A stretch of 64,000 nt of DNA from an uncultured Acidobacterium sp. (GTDB lineage: Bacteria; Acidobacteriota; Vicinamibacteria; Vicinamibacterales; UBA2999), in the NCBI GenBank assembly GCA_964513235.1, contig CAZEMI010000017.1:13835-77834 (forward strand). The letters run 5' to 3'. The notes under the pieces are model-generated. The model was not told the DNA's origin. It saw only the letters and a program-made list of their open reading frames with translations, and ran no database searches. The position numbers were made by a program, and so were the translations under genes. Below, one piece after another: positions 34,841 to 44,222 of the stretch (within the stretch, counting starts at the first letter, position 1; the number at the start of each line of letters is the position of its first letter).

Positions 34841-35812
34841 TCATGCTTCGCGAACAACGCGCGTGCCCGCCAGCCGATCGTGCAGCGCGCGATGATCGCT
34901 CGTGACCAGGGCCGGCACGTACGACAGGCCGAGCGTGACCGGCACCAGCATGCAGCCTGCCGCGCGCAACATGCCGCCGGCGGCATCCACGGGACGGCCG
35001 TCGTCGCCGATGACGCGGAGGTTCATGATCATCTTGCCGATGGTCTGGCCGCCGGCAACGGTGAACGCGGCAACGTAGCTGAAGGCCAGGATCGCCAGGA
35101 AGCCGGCGAACGGGATCGGCGGCAGCACGCGCACGTCGTCGACGGTGTTCTGAAGGCCCGCGATGCGAAGCGTCAGGAACAACACGGTTACGTCGATCGC
35201 CACGAGCAGGGCGGTATCGATCAATCCGGCGCTGACCCGCGCGCTGAGCGCGGGCGTCTCCATCAACGACGCGACGATGTCGCCGGAGGTGGCGCGGACG
35301 TGCGGTTCGGCTTCGAGTTGTAATGGCTCACTGCGTGCCGGCCGCGTCGTGCGGGGCCGATTGCGCGGCAGTTCCTGTGTGGAACGACGCACGGCGAGGG
35401 GCGCTCGCGCGGCGGGCGGTGGAACGATCGGGGCGTCGTCAAATGGAAGTTCAGACGAAGGTTCGGACGATGGTTCGTCGACCGGCACTTCGATCTCGTC
35501 GACGGCGGGCGTGGCCTCCGCGTCATCGTCGATGATCGTCACCGTCGGCCCGGTAGAAACGGTCGCCTCCGCGGCGAGCTCCGCCGTGCCGAACAACCGA
35601 TCGAGATCGAGCGCGTGCGCGCTCAGCGAGTCGGTGTGACGCTTGATGGCCGGCAACTCGAAATCGTCGCCGGATTCCGCTTTGCGATCGGCGGCGGACT
35701 GCAGCGCCAGTTCGGGGTCGGCCGAGAACGGCGCGAGTGAGAAATCGTACTGACAGTTCCGACAGCGGTCGGTGGTCTCAAACCCCAGATAGCCGCATTT
35801 CGGGCACTTCAT
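34841..35812 (-). CDS. RDD-family membrane protein with N-terminal zinc ribbon
   Basis: MKCPKCGYLGFETTDRCRNCQYDF is followed by an acidic linker and a C-terminal RDD-like TM domain (ARVSAGLIDTALL...). The ATGA overlaps the upstream gene. Confidence 0.8.
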   Translation of the reverse strand: MKCPKCGYLGFETTDRCRNCQYDFSLAPFSADPELALQSAADRKAESGDDFELPAIKRHTDSLSAHALDLDRLFGTAELAAEATVSTGPTVTIIDDDAEATPAVDEIEVPVDEPSSEPSSELPFDDAPIVPPPAARAPLAVRRSTQELPRNRPRTTRPARSEPLQLEAEPHVRATSGDIVASLMETPALSARVSAGLIDTALLVAIDVTVLFLTLRIAGLQNTVDDVRVLPPIPFAGFLAILAFSYVAAFTVAGGQTIGKMIMNLRVIGDDGRPVDAAGGMLRAAGCMLVPVTLGLSYVPALVTSDHRALHDRLAGTRVVREA

Positions 35813-36660
35813 TCTTGTCGTGGTGACACCGGCGTGGCGGCAGCGGCCGACGCCGAGGCTTCGGCGCTCGCCAGTGCCAGCAGTTCGCGTTGAATGTCGG
35901 CGCGCAGGCGCTCGGCGTCGGCGCGCAACGCATCACCCACCGGCACGCGATCGAGAGCGCGCAACGCATCACGGAGCTTGCCGCCCGCAAACATCGCGCG
36001 GGCCCGGGTCAAATACGCCTCGGTCGGCGCCGGAATCGGCAATGGCGCGGGGGCGGGAGCCACCAGCGCCGGTGCGCCGATCGTGGCCTGCACCGGGAAC
36101 CAGTCGGCCAGACCATTCGGCGTGACCAGCACGAAGGCAATCGCCGCGACGAGCACGATCGCCGCCGCCGTCGCCCACCACCGCGCCAGCGTGCCGCCAT
36201 GCCGCGCCTCGCGCTCCCCTGCCAGGGGTTTGCTGAACGGCCGGCGCCGAGTCACGGGAAGAGCGGGGCTGGCCGTGCGACCAACCTCGAGGCGATCGAT
36301 GCGGCCGAGCACGCCGAGCGCGACGTCGTGTGACGCGCCCTGGTCGAGCGCATCGCTCAGCAGCTCGCGCGCCCGCACCACCTCGCCCTTGTCGAAAGCG
36401 TCGAGGCCCTGATGGACGAGCGCTTCGGAGATGCGCTGGCGTTCGGCCTGCGCGCTGCGCGCGCGATCGATGTAGGCGCGCGCCCGATCGTGGGTCCGAT
36501 CGAGAAACAGCACGCGCGTCCAGAGGTTGATGGCCTGTTCGAATTCGCCGGCGAAGTAGTGATCGAGGCCGGTCACGAGCAGATGCTCGATCCGCGTTTC
36601 GTCTGCCGGCTCAGGCTGCGGCTCGGACCGGCGCGGGCCTGACGGGTGCGGGTCGGCCAT
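35809..36660 (-). CDS. Hypothetical TPR-like single-pass membrane protein
   Basis: 283 aa with a TPR-like N-terminus (YFAGEFEQAINLWTRVLFLDRTHDRARAYIDRA), a TM segment (WWATAAAIVLVAAIAFVLV) and a helical C-terminus. Confidence 0.6.
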   Translation of the reverse strand: MADPHPSGPRRSEPQPEPADETRIEHLLVTGLDHYFAGEFEQAINLWTRVLFLDRTHDRARAYIDRARSAQAERQRISEALVHQGLDAFDKGEVVRARELLSDALDQGASHDVALGVLGRIDRLEVGRTASPALPVTRRRPFSKPLAGEREARHGGTLARWWATAAAIVLVAAIAFVLVTPNGLADWFPVQATIGAPALVAPAPAPLPIPAPTEAYLTRARAMFAGGKLRDALRALDRVPVGDALRADAERLRADIQRELLALASAEASASAAAATPVSPRQE

Positions 36661-36662
36661 GT

Positions 36663-36687
36663 TAAGTGCTACGGATTATAGCACTTA
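36663..36687. promoter_or_regulatory. AT-rich palindrome in a divergent promoter region, followed by a 9-nt direct repeat
   Basis: TAAGTGCTA-CGGATTA-TAGCACTTA has perfect 9-bp arms. ACAGGGTGC ACAGGGTGC follows at 36691-36708. Confidence 0.45.
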
Positions 36688-36724
36688 CAGACAGGGTGCA
36701 CAGGGTGCAATAAGCTGAGCGCAC

Positions 36725-37630
36725 ATGGCCGTCATTGAATGCGTTCCAAACGTCAGCGAGGGCCGCCGGACCGACCTCGTCCAGCGCCTGGCTGGCTCCC
36801 TCGAGGCGGTCCCCGGATTGAGCGTGCTCGACGTCCAGTCCGACGCGTCGCACAATCGCTCTGTTTTCACGCTCGCCGGCGACGCCGAAGCGCTGGCCGC
36901 CGGAATCCCGAAGCTGTTCGAAGGCGCCATCGCGGCGATCGATCTGCGGTCGCACAGGGGCGAGCATCCGCGGCTGGGCGCCGTCGACGTCGTGCCGTTC
37001 ATTCCGATTGAAGGCGTGACGATGGAGGCGTGCGTGGAGCTGGCCAAGCGGGTGGCCGCGGATGTCGCGTCGCGGTTTTCGCTGCCGGTGTACCTCTACG
37101 AAGAGGCGTCGGGCAACCCGGCGCGCAAGCACCTCGAAGACATCCGGCGCGGCGAGTTCGAAGGCCTGGCCGCGAAGATGGCGCAGCCGGCCTGGGCGCC
37201 CGATTACGGCCCCGCCACGCCGCACCAGACCGCGGGCGCCACCGTGATCGGCGCGCGAATGCCGCTCATCGCCTACAACGTCAACCTGGCCACCCACCGG
37301 CTTGACGTGGCCAGGAAGATCGCGGCGGCGGTGCGCATGAGCGGCGGCGGCCTGCGGTATGTCAAAGCGATGGGGATTCCGCTCGCAGACCGCGGCATCG
37401 TCCAGGTGTCGATGAACCTCACCAACTACGAGAAGACGCCGATCTTCCGGGTGTTCGATCTGGTGAAGCGCGAGGCGGAACGGTACGGCGTGCAGGTTCT
37501 CGAAAGTGAGATCGTCGGGCTGGTGCCGGCGGCGGCGCTCCGGCAATCGGTCGAATACTATCTGCAGCTCGAAGGATTCTCCGGAGCGCAGGTGCTGGAG
37601 AACAAGCTTAGGTCCCGCCCCGGGGCGTGA
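36725..37630 (+). CDS. Glutamate formimidoyltransferase (FtcD N-terminal-type)
   Basis: 301 aa (VIECVPNVSEGRRTDLV...DASHNRSVFTLAG...HPRLGAVDVVPFIP). Confidence 0.85.
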   Translation: MAVIECVPNVSEGRRTDLVQRLAGSLEAVPGLSVLDVQSDASHNRSVFTLAGDAEALAAGIPKLFEGAIAAIDLRSHRGEHPRLGAVDVVPFIPIEGVTMEACVELAKRVAADVASRFSLPVYLYEEASGNPARKHLEDIRRGEFEGLAAKMAQPAWAPDYGPATPHQTAGATVIGARMPLIAYNVNLATHRLDVARKIAAAVRMSGGGLRYVKAMGIPLADRGIVQVSMNLTNYEKTPIFRVFDLVKREAERYGVQVLESEIVGLVPAAALRQSVEYYLQLEGFSGAQVLENKLRSRPGA

Positions 37631-38975
37631 TGCCAAACGCGCGAAGCTTTTTGTACAGGTTCGAGCGTTCCACGCCAAGCACTTCGGCGGTGCGCGACAT
37701 GTTCCCCTGCTGCGCGGCCAGCGTCTGCAGGATGTAGTCCTTCTCGAACCGATCGCGGGCTTCGGACAACGGCTGCACGGGCCCCGCCGCGGCCGGCGCC
37801 TCCGGCACCCCGTCGCGGCCGAGAAAGCCCACATCCTGCGCCGTGATGGTGTCGCCGCCGACAAAAATCAGCAGCTTCTCGATCACATTGCGCAACTCGC
37901 GGACGTTCCCCGGCCACGAGTGCTGCTGCAGGCGCGCCGCCGCTTCGGGTGCCAGCCGCTTCGGCCGCTTGCGATCCTCGGCGGCCAGCAGCGCGATGAA
38001 GTGCTCGGCCAGCAGCGGAATGTCCTGCTGCCGTTCCCGCAACGGCGGTACGAAGATCGGAATGACGTTCAACCGGAAGTACAAGTCTTCGCGGAACCGT
38101 CCCGCTCGAATCTCCGCCGGCAGATCCCTGTTGGTTGCCGCCAGCACGCGCACGTCGACCTTGATTCGCTGCGTGCCGCCGACCCGCTCCATCACCTGCT
38201 CCTGCAGCACGCGGAGCACCTTGGCCTGCGTTTTCAGGCTCATGTCGGCAATCTCGTCCAGGAAGATCGTGCCGCCGTCGGCCTGTTCGAATCGACCCGG
38301 CTTGTCCGCGACCGCCCCCGTAAAGGCGCCGCGCACGTGCCCGAACAACTCGGACTCAATCAACTCCTCCGGAATCGCGGCGCAGTTCACTTCGACGAAC
38401 GGCCCGCTCTTGCGCCGGCTGGTGTGATGGATGGTCCGCGCCACGAGCTCCTTGCCGGTGCCGCTTTCGCCGAGAATCAAGACCCGACCGTTGGTCGGGG
38501 CGGCGAGCGACACGTGGTCGCGCAGATGGCTCATCGCCGGGCTCTCGCCGACCATCGTGTACTGCTGCTGGCGGTCGACCTTGGCGCGCAGCACGCGGTT
38601 TTCGGCTTCGAGATCGCGCTGGCGCAGCGCGTTGCGCACCACCAGCACCGTCTTCTCGAGCGACAGCGGCTTCTCGATGAAGTCGAACGCGCCCATCTTG
38701 ATGGCGCGGACCGCGGACTCGATGTTGCCGTGGCCGGAGATGATCACCACCTGCGAATCGATCTGCCGCTCGCGCAGCCGCTGCAGCGTGGTCAGGCCGT
38801 CCAGGCCCGGCAGCCAGATGTCGAGCACCACCACGTCGAACGCCGCGCCGTTGGCCTTCTCGAGGCATTCTTCGCCGGTGCTGGCGGTGTCGACGTCGAA
38901 GCCTTCGTCCTGCAGGACCCCGCTGATCGACGAGCGCACGCCCGGTTCATCGTCGACGACGAGGATGGACGCCAT
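37608..38975 (-). CDS. ntrX: Sigma-54-dependent response regulator (NtrC/NtrX family)
   Basis: 455 aa with a REC domain (ILVVDDE...VVVLDIWLPGLDG), an AAA+ domain (GESGTGKELVA, GAFTGA) and a Fis-type HTH (GNMSRTAEVLGVERSNLYKKLRAFG). The start overlaps the kinase stop (TGATG). Confidence 0.85.
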   Translation of the reverse strand: MASILVVDDEPGVRSSISGVLQDEGFDVDTASTGEECLEKANGAAFDVVVLDIWLPGLDGLTTLQRLRERQIDSQVVIISGHGNIESAVRAIKMGAFDFIEKPLSLEKTVLVVRNALRQRDLEAENRVLRAKVDRQQQYTMVGESPAMSHLRDHVSLAAPTNGRVLILGESGTGKELVARTIHHTSRRKSGPFVEVNCAAIPEELIESELFGHVRGAFTGAVADKPGRFEQADGGTIFLDEIADMSLKTQAKVLRVLQEQVMERVGGTQRIKVDVRVLAATNRDLPAEIRAGRFREDLYFRLNVIPIFVPPLRERQQDIPLLAEHFIALLAAEDRKRPKRLAPEAAARLQQHSWPGNVRELRNVIEKLLIFVGGDTITAQDVGFLGRDGVPEAPAAAGPVQPLSEARDRFEKDYILQTLAAQQGNMSRTAEVLGVERSNLYKKLRAFGITPRGGT

Positions 38976-41257
38976 CAGGCCGGCAACTCGATGATAAACC
39001 GCGTGCCGGTGGGCACGTTGTCGGTGACGTCAATGCTGCCGCCGTGCTCGGCGACAATGCGCCGCACGATCGCGAGGCCCAGGCCGCTGCCGCGGCCCTT
39101 GGTCGAGTAGTACGGCAGGAACAATTTGTCGCGCTCGGCGGCGGGAATGCCGGGTCCGGTGTCGGCCACCACGATGCGCACCAGGCTGTTCGGCACGTCG
39201 CGCGCGGTCTCGATCACGATCGTGCCCTGCCGCTCCATCGCTTCGATCGCGTTGTCGATCAGGTTGATCATCACGCGCTTCATCTGCTCCGGATCGACGC
39301 GCACCTGGGTGACGGCCGGGTCGTAGTGCTTCTGGAATGCCACTGACCCGAACAGCCCGTCGTACAGCGACAAGGTGTGGGTGAGAAAGGCGTGGAGCTC
39401 GGTGGGCACCGCGCGCGGTGCCGGCATGCGCGCGAACTGCGAGAACTCGTCGACGAGCCCTTTCAGCGATTCGACCTCGCCGATGATGGTCGAGGTGCAC
39501 TCCTGCACGAGATCCTGGAGCGGCGGCGCCACGTCGCCGAGCTTGCGGCGCAGCCGCTCGGCCGACAGTTGAATGGGCGTCAGCGGATTCTTGATCTCAT
39601 GGGCCAGCCGGCGCGCCACTTCGCGCCACGCCGCCACCTTCTGCGCACGAATCAGCGGCGTCACATCGTCCACTACCAGCACCGTGCCGTCGAAGCTGCC
39701 GTCGGTGCCGGCCACGCGGGTGGCCGCCGCCACCACGTGACGCTCGCGGCCGTCGCGCACCAGCGCCACTTCCTGCGCAAAGGAATCCATCTTGGCGCGC
39801 GCGGCCTGGTCGAGCACCTCGTTCATCGGCGCGAGGTCGGGTCGCGCGAACACGTCGACCGCCGCGCTCCCGACCACGTCCGCCGTCACTTCGAGCAGCC
39901 GCATCGCCGAGGGGTTGATCGTGCCGATGCGTCCGGCGCGATCGATCGACACCACGCCGGTGGCAATCCGCTCGAGGATGGCTTCGATGTAGCGGCGGCG
40001 GCCTTCACCCTCTTCGTGCTTGCGTTCGAGATCGATGCCGGCGCGCTCGAGCCGCTTGCGCGTCTGCGACACTTCCGCGGCCATCGCATTGAAGGCCTCG
40101 ACCATTGATCCGAACTCATCGCTGCCTTCGTGCTCGATGCGATGATCGTAATGGCCGGCGCCAATTTCCTTGGCCGCTTCAGAGAGCAACTGCACCGGCC
40201 GGGTGATGCGCTTGGCGAGATACAGGCCCATCCACGTCGAGCCCACCAGAATCAACAGCGTGACCATGACGAAGAACGACACGTAGACGCCGGCCAGCGG
40301 TTGTTTCAGCACCCGCAGCTGCGTGTAGTCCTCGTAGGCCTTCGACATCCGGCGCGCCTGGTCCGCGAACTCGCCGGACAGGTACTCGCTGGTCACCACC
40401 ACGCCGGTAATCTGCCCCGCGGGAGTGCGCACCGGCGTCGCGACGTGGACGAGATCCCCACCGGCCGGGAGTTGATCGATCCGGCTCGGCGCCGCTTCGT
40501 CTCCGGAGGCGACCCGCGCCGCCAGCGGATCGGCGGAGGAGCGCGCCCACCCTTGCGGCATCGACGGCGAGGCGATGTCCACCACCGAGACCACGCTCAC
40601 CGGCTGACCGGGTTCGCGCACCGCGCGATACACCTGGACCATCACCACGCGCTGTCCCGTCACTTCCGGCGTGACGATCCGCTGCACGCGCGTCAGCTCC
40701 GCATCCGACAGGTCGACCGGGCTCAACGAGCGGGCGATGCGGGACGCCTGTTCGGTGACCAGCCGCTGCCGCTCCTGGTAGTAATCGCCGGCAATGCGGT
40801 TGGCGCCGCTGAGGATCTCCTCCATCGGCGCGTTGAACCAGCGATCGACGGCGGTCAGCACCACCCGGCTGCCGACGATCATCACCAGCACCGACGGAAT
40901 CACCGTCATGCCCAGCATGGCGAGCACGAGCTTGGCGCGGAAGCGGCCGAACGGCAGGCCGCGCCGCCCGTCCATCAATGACTTGATCACGTTGCGCGCC
41001 AGCACGAACACCAGCGCCAGCAGCATGGTGATGTTGGTCGCGGAAAGCGCGATCAACACCACTTCGGTGAGGAAATCCGGGGACAGCGTCGCCGTGCGAT
41101 CGGCCAGCCAGACGATGCCGCCGAGCGCGGCGAGCAGGATGACGATCCCGGCGAGGATCAGCGGCGGGTTGTCGCGAAACGGCCGGCGCGCGGGCGCCGC
41201 CGCCGCCGGCCTGACGGCCGGCCGCGACCCGGTACTGAGCGGCTTCGCGGTTGCCAC
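38975..41257 (-). CDS. ntrY: NtrY-like sensor histidine kinase (TM-HAMP-PAS-HisKA-HATPase)
   Basis: 760 aa with N-terminal TM helices, the H-box LAHEIKNPLTPIQLSAERL (as I recall, characteristic of NtrY) and a C-terminal ATPase (GTGLGLAIVRRIV). Confidence 0.8.
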   Translation of the reverse strand: MATAKPLSTGSRPAVRPAAAAPARRPFRDNPPLILAGIVILLAALGGIVWLADRTATLSPDFLTEVVLIALSATNITMLLALVFVLARNVIKSLMDGRRGLPFGRFRAKLVLAMLGMTVIPSVLVMIVGSRVVLTAVDRWFNAPMEEILSGANRIAGDYYQERQRLVTEQASRIARSLSPVDLSDAELTRVQRIVTPEVTGQRVVMVQVYRAVREPGQPVSVVSVVDIASPSMPQGWARSSADPLAARVASGDEAAPSRIDQLPAGGDLVHVATPVRTPAGQITGVVVTSEYLSGEFADQARRMSKAYEDYTQLRVLKQPLAGVYVSFFVMVTLLILVGSTWMGLYLAKRITRPVQLLSEAAKEIGAGHYDHRIEHEGSDEFGSMVEAFNAMAAEVSQTRKRLERAGIDLERKHEEGEGRRRYIEAILERIATGVVSIDRAGRIGTINPSAMRLLEVTADVVGSAAVDVFARPDLAPMNEVLDQAARAKMDSFAQEVALVRDGRERHVVAAATRVAGTDGSFDGTVLVVDDVTPLIRAQKVAAWREVARRLAHEIKNPLTPIQLSAERLRRKLGDVAPPLQDLVQECTSTIIGEVESLKGLVDEFSQFARMPAPRAVPTELHAFLTHTLSLYDGLFGSVAFQKHYDPAVTQVRVDPEQMKRVMINLIDNAIEAMERQGTIVIETARDVPNSLVRIVVADTGPGIPAAERDKLFLPYYSTKGRGSGLGLAIVRRIVAEHGGSIDVTDNVPTGTRFIIELPA

Positions 41258-41263
41258 GCGGCC

Positions 41264-41728
41264 TTACTCCTTGTGACCCTTCAAGGCGCGCACCTCGTGG
41301 GCGAAGTCGTCCACGTCGCGGAAGTCGCGGTAGACCGACGCGAACCGCACGTACGCGACCTGATCGAGCTTCTTGAGCTCCGACATCACCAGCGCGCCCA
41401 ACTCGCGTCCCGAGATCTCGCGCTCCGGACGATCGTTGAGGATCTGTTCGGCGCGGTCGGCAATCTCGTCGATGTCGGCGGGCTTGATCGGCCGTTTCTC
41501 GCAGGCCTTCAACAACCCGGCCACCAGCTTCGAGCGCTCGAAGCGCTCGCGGGTGCCGTCTTTCTTCACCACCATGTAAGGGATCTCTTCGATCCGTTCA
41601 TAGCTCGTGAAGCGTTTCTTGCACGTCTCGTTCAGACACTGACGGCGGCGGCGAATCACGTCGCCCTCGCGGCTCTCGCGCGAGTCGACCACCTTGTCGC
41701 CGATATCCCCGCAGAACGGACACTTCAC
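41264..41728 (-). CDS. nrdR: Transcriptional repressor NrdR
   Basis: 154 aa with the zinc ribbon MKCPFCG...RRRQC and an ATP-cone. Confidence 0.95.
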   Translation of the reverse strand: MKCPFCGDIGDKVVDSRESREGDVIRRRRQCLNETCKKRFTSYERIEEIPYMVVKKDGTRERFERSKLVAGLLKACEKRPIKPADIDEIADRAEQILNDRPEREISGRELGALVMSELKKLDQVAYVRFASVYRDFRDVDDFAHEVRALKGHKE

Positions 41729-41740
41729 GGCTTCACCCCA

Positions 41741-42796
41741 TCACCCGTTCGCCCGATCGTCAACAGTCGGTCGTTCGGCAATCTGTCGTTCGCCAATGAT
41801 CGTCGTCAGCTTCAAGCCGTCCTGCACGATGAACAGCAGGCCCGCCAGCGTCACCGGCCCCACCGAGATGGCGTGCAGCACGATCGCCGCACCAACCGCG
41901 GTGTTGTTATCGGCGCCGAAAAACGACGTGGCGCCCAGGCGAAACGCCTCGTGAAAACCACCCACCCCGCCGGGCGTCGGCACCGCCACGCCAACCACCA
42001 GCGGCGCCAGCATCAACCACCCCCCGGTGAAGGGCATCGCAATCCCGAAGGCGACGGCCACGGCCCAAATGCCGCCGGCGATCGAGATCCACAGCACGAT
42101 CGACCACGCCAGCGCCGCCACCAGGCGCTCGGGCCGGCGCACCACGGCAAACCCTTCCGCAAACATCCGCGCGAACTTCGCGATGGCCGCCGCGGCGCGC
42201 GCCGGCAGGATCCGTTCCGCCTTGAGCAACCACTCGTGCAGGCGCTCCGGATGCCCGGCCATGAAAAACATCAGCAGTAACGCGCCGACCGCCACCGGCG
42301 CCATCACCAGACCGCCAAAGCGAATCGCGCTGAACACCGCCGAATCCCGCGCCTCGACACCCGGGTCGAACCACACCAGAAACGCCAGCAGCAGTACCAG
42401 CACCGCGACCAGATCGATCACCCGTTCCACGAGAATCGTCGCGAACGTGGCCGTCGCACTCAGGCCCTCCTTGCGGGCGAGCAGATACGGCCGAATCACT
42501 TCCCCGGCTCGTGCCGGCAACACCGCCGACGCCGCAAACCCGATGACCGTTGTGCGAAACACGTTGCGAAACTTCGTCGGTCCGAGTGGCCCGAGCAGGT
42601 ATTGCCAGCGCTCGGCCCGAATTACAAAGGTCAACGCCGTCAGCGCAATCGACAGGGCCAGAAAATCCGCCCGCGCCGCCGCCACGGCCGACCACACCCG
42701 ATCGAGATCCGCGTTCCTGAGAAAAACCGCAATGAGGCCAACGGCAAGACCGATGACAATGACGGTCCGGATGATGTTGCGCAAGCCAATGTCCAT
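41741..42796 (-). CDS. UPF0104 / lysyl-PG synthase TM-region-like flippase-type membrane protein
   Basis: Polytopic membrane protein (VLPARAGEVIRPYLLARKEGLSATATFATILVERVIDL). I chose the ATG at 42796 (MDIGLRNII); the upstream part of the track ORF looks non-coding. Confidence 0.7.
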   Translation of the reverse strand: MDIGLRNIIRTVIVIGLAVGLIAVFLRNADLDRVWSAVAAARADFLALSIALTALTFVIRAERWQYLLGPLGPTKFRNVFRTTVIGFAASAVLPARAGEVIRPYLLARKEGLSATATFATILVERVIDLVAVLVLLLAFLVWFDPGVEARDSAVFSAIRFGGLVMAPVAVGALLLMFFMAGHPERLHEWLLKAERILPARAAAAIAKFARMFAEGFAVVRRPERLVAALAWSIVLWISIAGGIWAVAVAFGIAMPFTGGWLMLAPLVVGVAVPTPGGVGGFHEAFRLGATSFFGADNNTAVGAAIVLHAISVGPVTLAGLLFIVQDGLKLTTIIGERQIAERPTVDDRANG

Positions 42797-42893
42797 ACTA
42801 CATGACGTGTGGCTCCTGAGCCGCACCCAATGATTGGTGTATTGATTACATTGCGTGACGCGTTTACCATGAGGGTTCTTCACGCGAGCGCCC

Positions 42894-43802
42894 GTGCTTT
42901 CACAACCGCTTTTAGATACGCAGTTCGACGGCCTGACACTGGTCCGTCGCGGCAAGGTACGCGACGTGTACGCTGCCGGCGACGCGTTGATCCTGGTCGC
43001 CACCGATCGCATCTCGGCCTTTGATTACGTGCTCGGGTCGGGCATCCCTGACAAGGGCCGCGTGCTCAACCAGCTGTCGGCCTTCTGGTTCGCACGCACC
43101 GGGCACATCGTCCCGAATCATGTGATCTCGACGCGGGTGACGGATTACCCCGCGGGCGCACGACGGTTTGCCGCCCAGCTCGAAGGCCGCTCCATGCTCT
43201 GCACGCGCACCACGCCGCTCCCGGTGGAATGCGTGGCGCGCGGCTATCTGTCGGGATCGGGCTGGAAGGATTACAAGGCCACCGGCGAGCTGTGCGGCAT
43301 TCCCCTCCCGGAGGGACTACGCGAATCGGATCGCCTCCCCACGCCGATCTTCACACCGGCCACGAAAGCGGAATCCGGCCACGACGAGAACATCAGCGAA
43401 GCCGCGGCGGCGGCCGTGGTCGGCGCCGAGCTGCTCGCGCGCCTCAAGCGCTCGACGATGGCGCTCTACGAGCACGGCGTGGCGCACGCGGACTCAAAGG
43501 GGATCATTCTCGCGGACACGAAGTTCGAGTTCGGGATCACGGACGCCGGCGAGTTGCTACTGATCGACGAAGTCATGACGCCGGACTCATCGCGCTACTG
43601 GCCGAAGGACGCCTATTCGCCCGGCGGCCCGCAACCCAGTTTCGACAAGCAGTACGTGCGGGACTATCTGGAGTCGATCACGTGGAACAAGCAACCCCCG
43701 GTACCCTCCCTGCCGGATGATGTCGTCCGTAACACGCGCGCCAAGTATCTCGACGCCTATCGCCGCCTCACGGGCAGGGAACTGGAAGTTGCCGTTGCAT
43801 AA
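42894..43802 (+). CDS. purC: Phosphoribosylaminoimidazole-succinocarboxamide synthase
   Basis: 302 aa (RGKVRDVYAAGDALILVATDRISAFD...ILADTKFEFG). Confidence 0.95.
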   Translation: MLSQPLLDTQFDGLTLVRRGKVRDVYAAGDALILVATDRISAFDYVLGSGIPDKGRVLNQLSAFWFARTGHIVPNHVISTRVTDYPAGARRFAAQLEGRSMLCTRTTPLPVECVARGYLSGSGWKDYKATGELCGIPLPEGLRESDRLPTPIFTPATKAESGHDENISEAAAAAVVGAELLARLKRSTMALYEHGVAHADSKGIILADTKFEFGITDAGELLLIDEVMTPDSSRYWPKDAYSPGGPQPSFDKQYVRDYLESITWNKQPPVPSLPDDVVRNTRAKYLDAYRRLTGRELEVAVA

Positions 43803-44013
43803 GCTGCTGGATCAATTGGTGTCTGAAATGGTGGCGCGCGGGGTTCACTACGAGGATGCCCGCCGTGAATTCGACAAGCGTTTCCTCACGACGGTGATCA
43901 ACAAGGCCGACGGCAATCTGTGCAAAGCGGCCGACACACTCGGCGTGCATCGCAACACGCTGACGCGCAAGATCAAGGAACTGAAGATCAAGGGCCGCTC
44001 GACCGGCGCATAA
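43789..44013 (+). CDS. Small Fis-type helix-turn-helix DNA-binding protein (start uncertain)
   Basis: The C-terminus GNLCKAADTLGVHRNTLTRKIKELKIKG is a classic Fis/NtrC-type HTH. The upstream part of the track ORF overlaps purC, so I chose the TTG at 43789 provisionally. Confidence 0.6.
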   Translation: MPLHKLLDQLVSEMVARGVHYEDARREFDKRFLTTVINKADGNLCKAADTLGVHRNTLTRKIKELKIKGRSTGA

Positions 44014-44179
44014 GCGAATCTCCTGAGGGGCGGTCGGCGGAAACCAGCCAGACCATTGGCGTGAAGCTGGGAAACTGGCCGATTACGGAACTGTTCTATA
44101 GTGTGTCACTTCGGCGCAAGTGTCACATCACGACCACGATACGGACCGCTGAATCACACGTTTTTCAGCAGCCCAGCTG

Positions 44180-44195
44180 TGGCGTCCCTCTTGCA
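44180..44195 (+). promoter_or_regulatory. Sigma-54 (-24/-12) promoter candidate
   Basis: TGGCGTCCCTCTTGCA matches TGGCACG-N4-TTGCW with exact GG...GC spacing. The -12 C lies 29 nt upstream of the ATG at 44223. Confidence 0.55.
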
Positions 44196-44222
44196 GCGGG
44201 TCGCCCGTTTGCGGGGCAACAG

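Noticed and set aside
36662-39110. 400-aa minus-strand ORF over the formimidoyltransferase gene and 534-aa plus-strand ORF over the ntrX-like gene
   Set aside because: Both are antisense to genes with unambiguous family signatures (VPNVSEGRR; GESGTGKE/GAFTGA). Neither has motifs of its own.
42797-42893. Purine or ZTP riboswitch upstream of purC, and FMN riboswitch upstream of ribD (29654-29700)
   Set aside because: The purC leader shows only a weak 6-bp hairpin, and I could find none of the conserved riboswitch cores. ribD has no leader at all because it overlaps ftsY. A covariance-model scan would be needed to be definitive.
43920-44222. 101-codon N-terminal extension of the REC-PilZ ORF (track start 43920)
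   Set aside because: The extension overlaps the Fis-HTH gene and the promoter-like region, and it has non-protein-like composition. The receiver fold begins right at the ATG at 44223.
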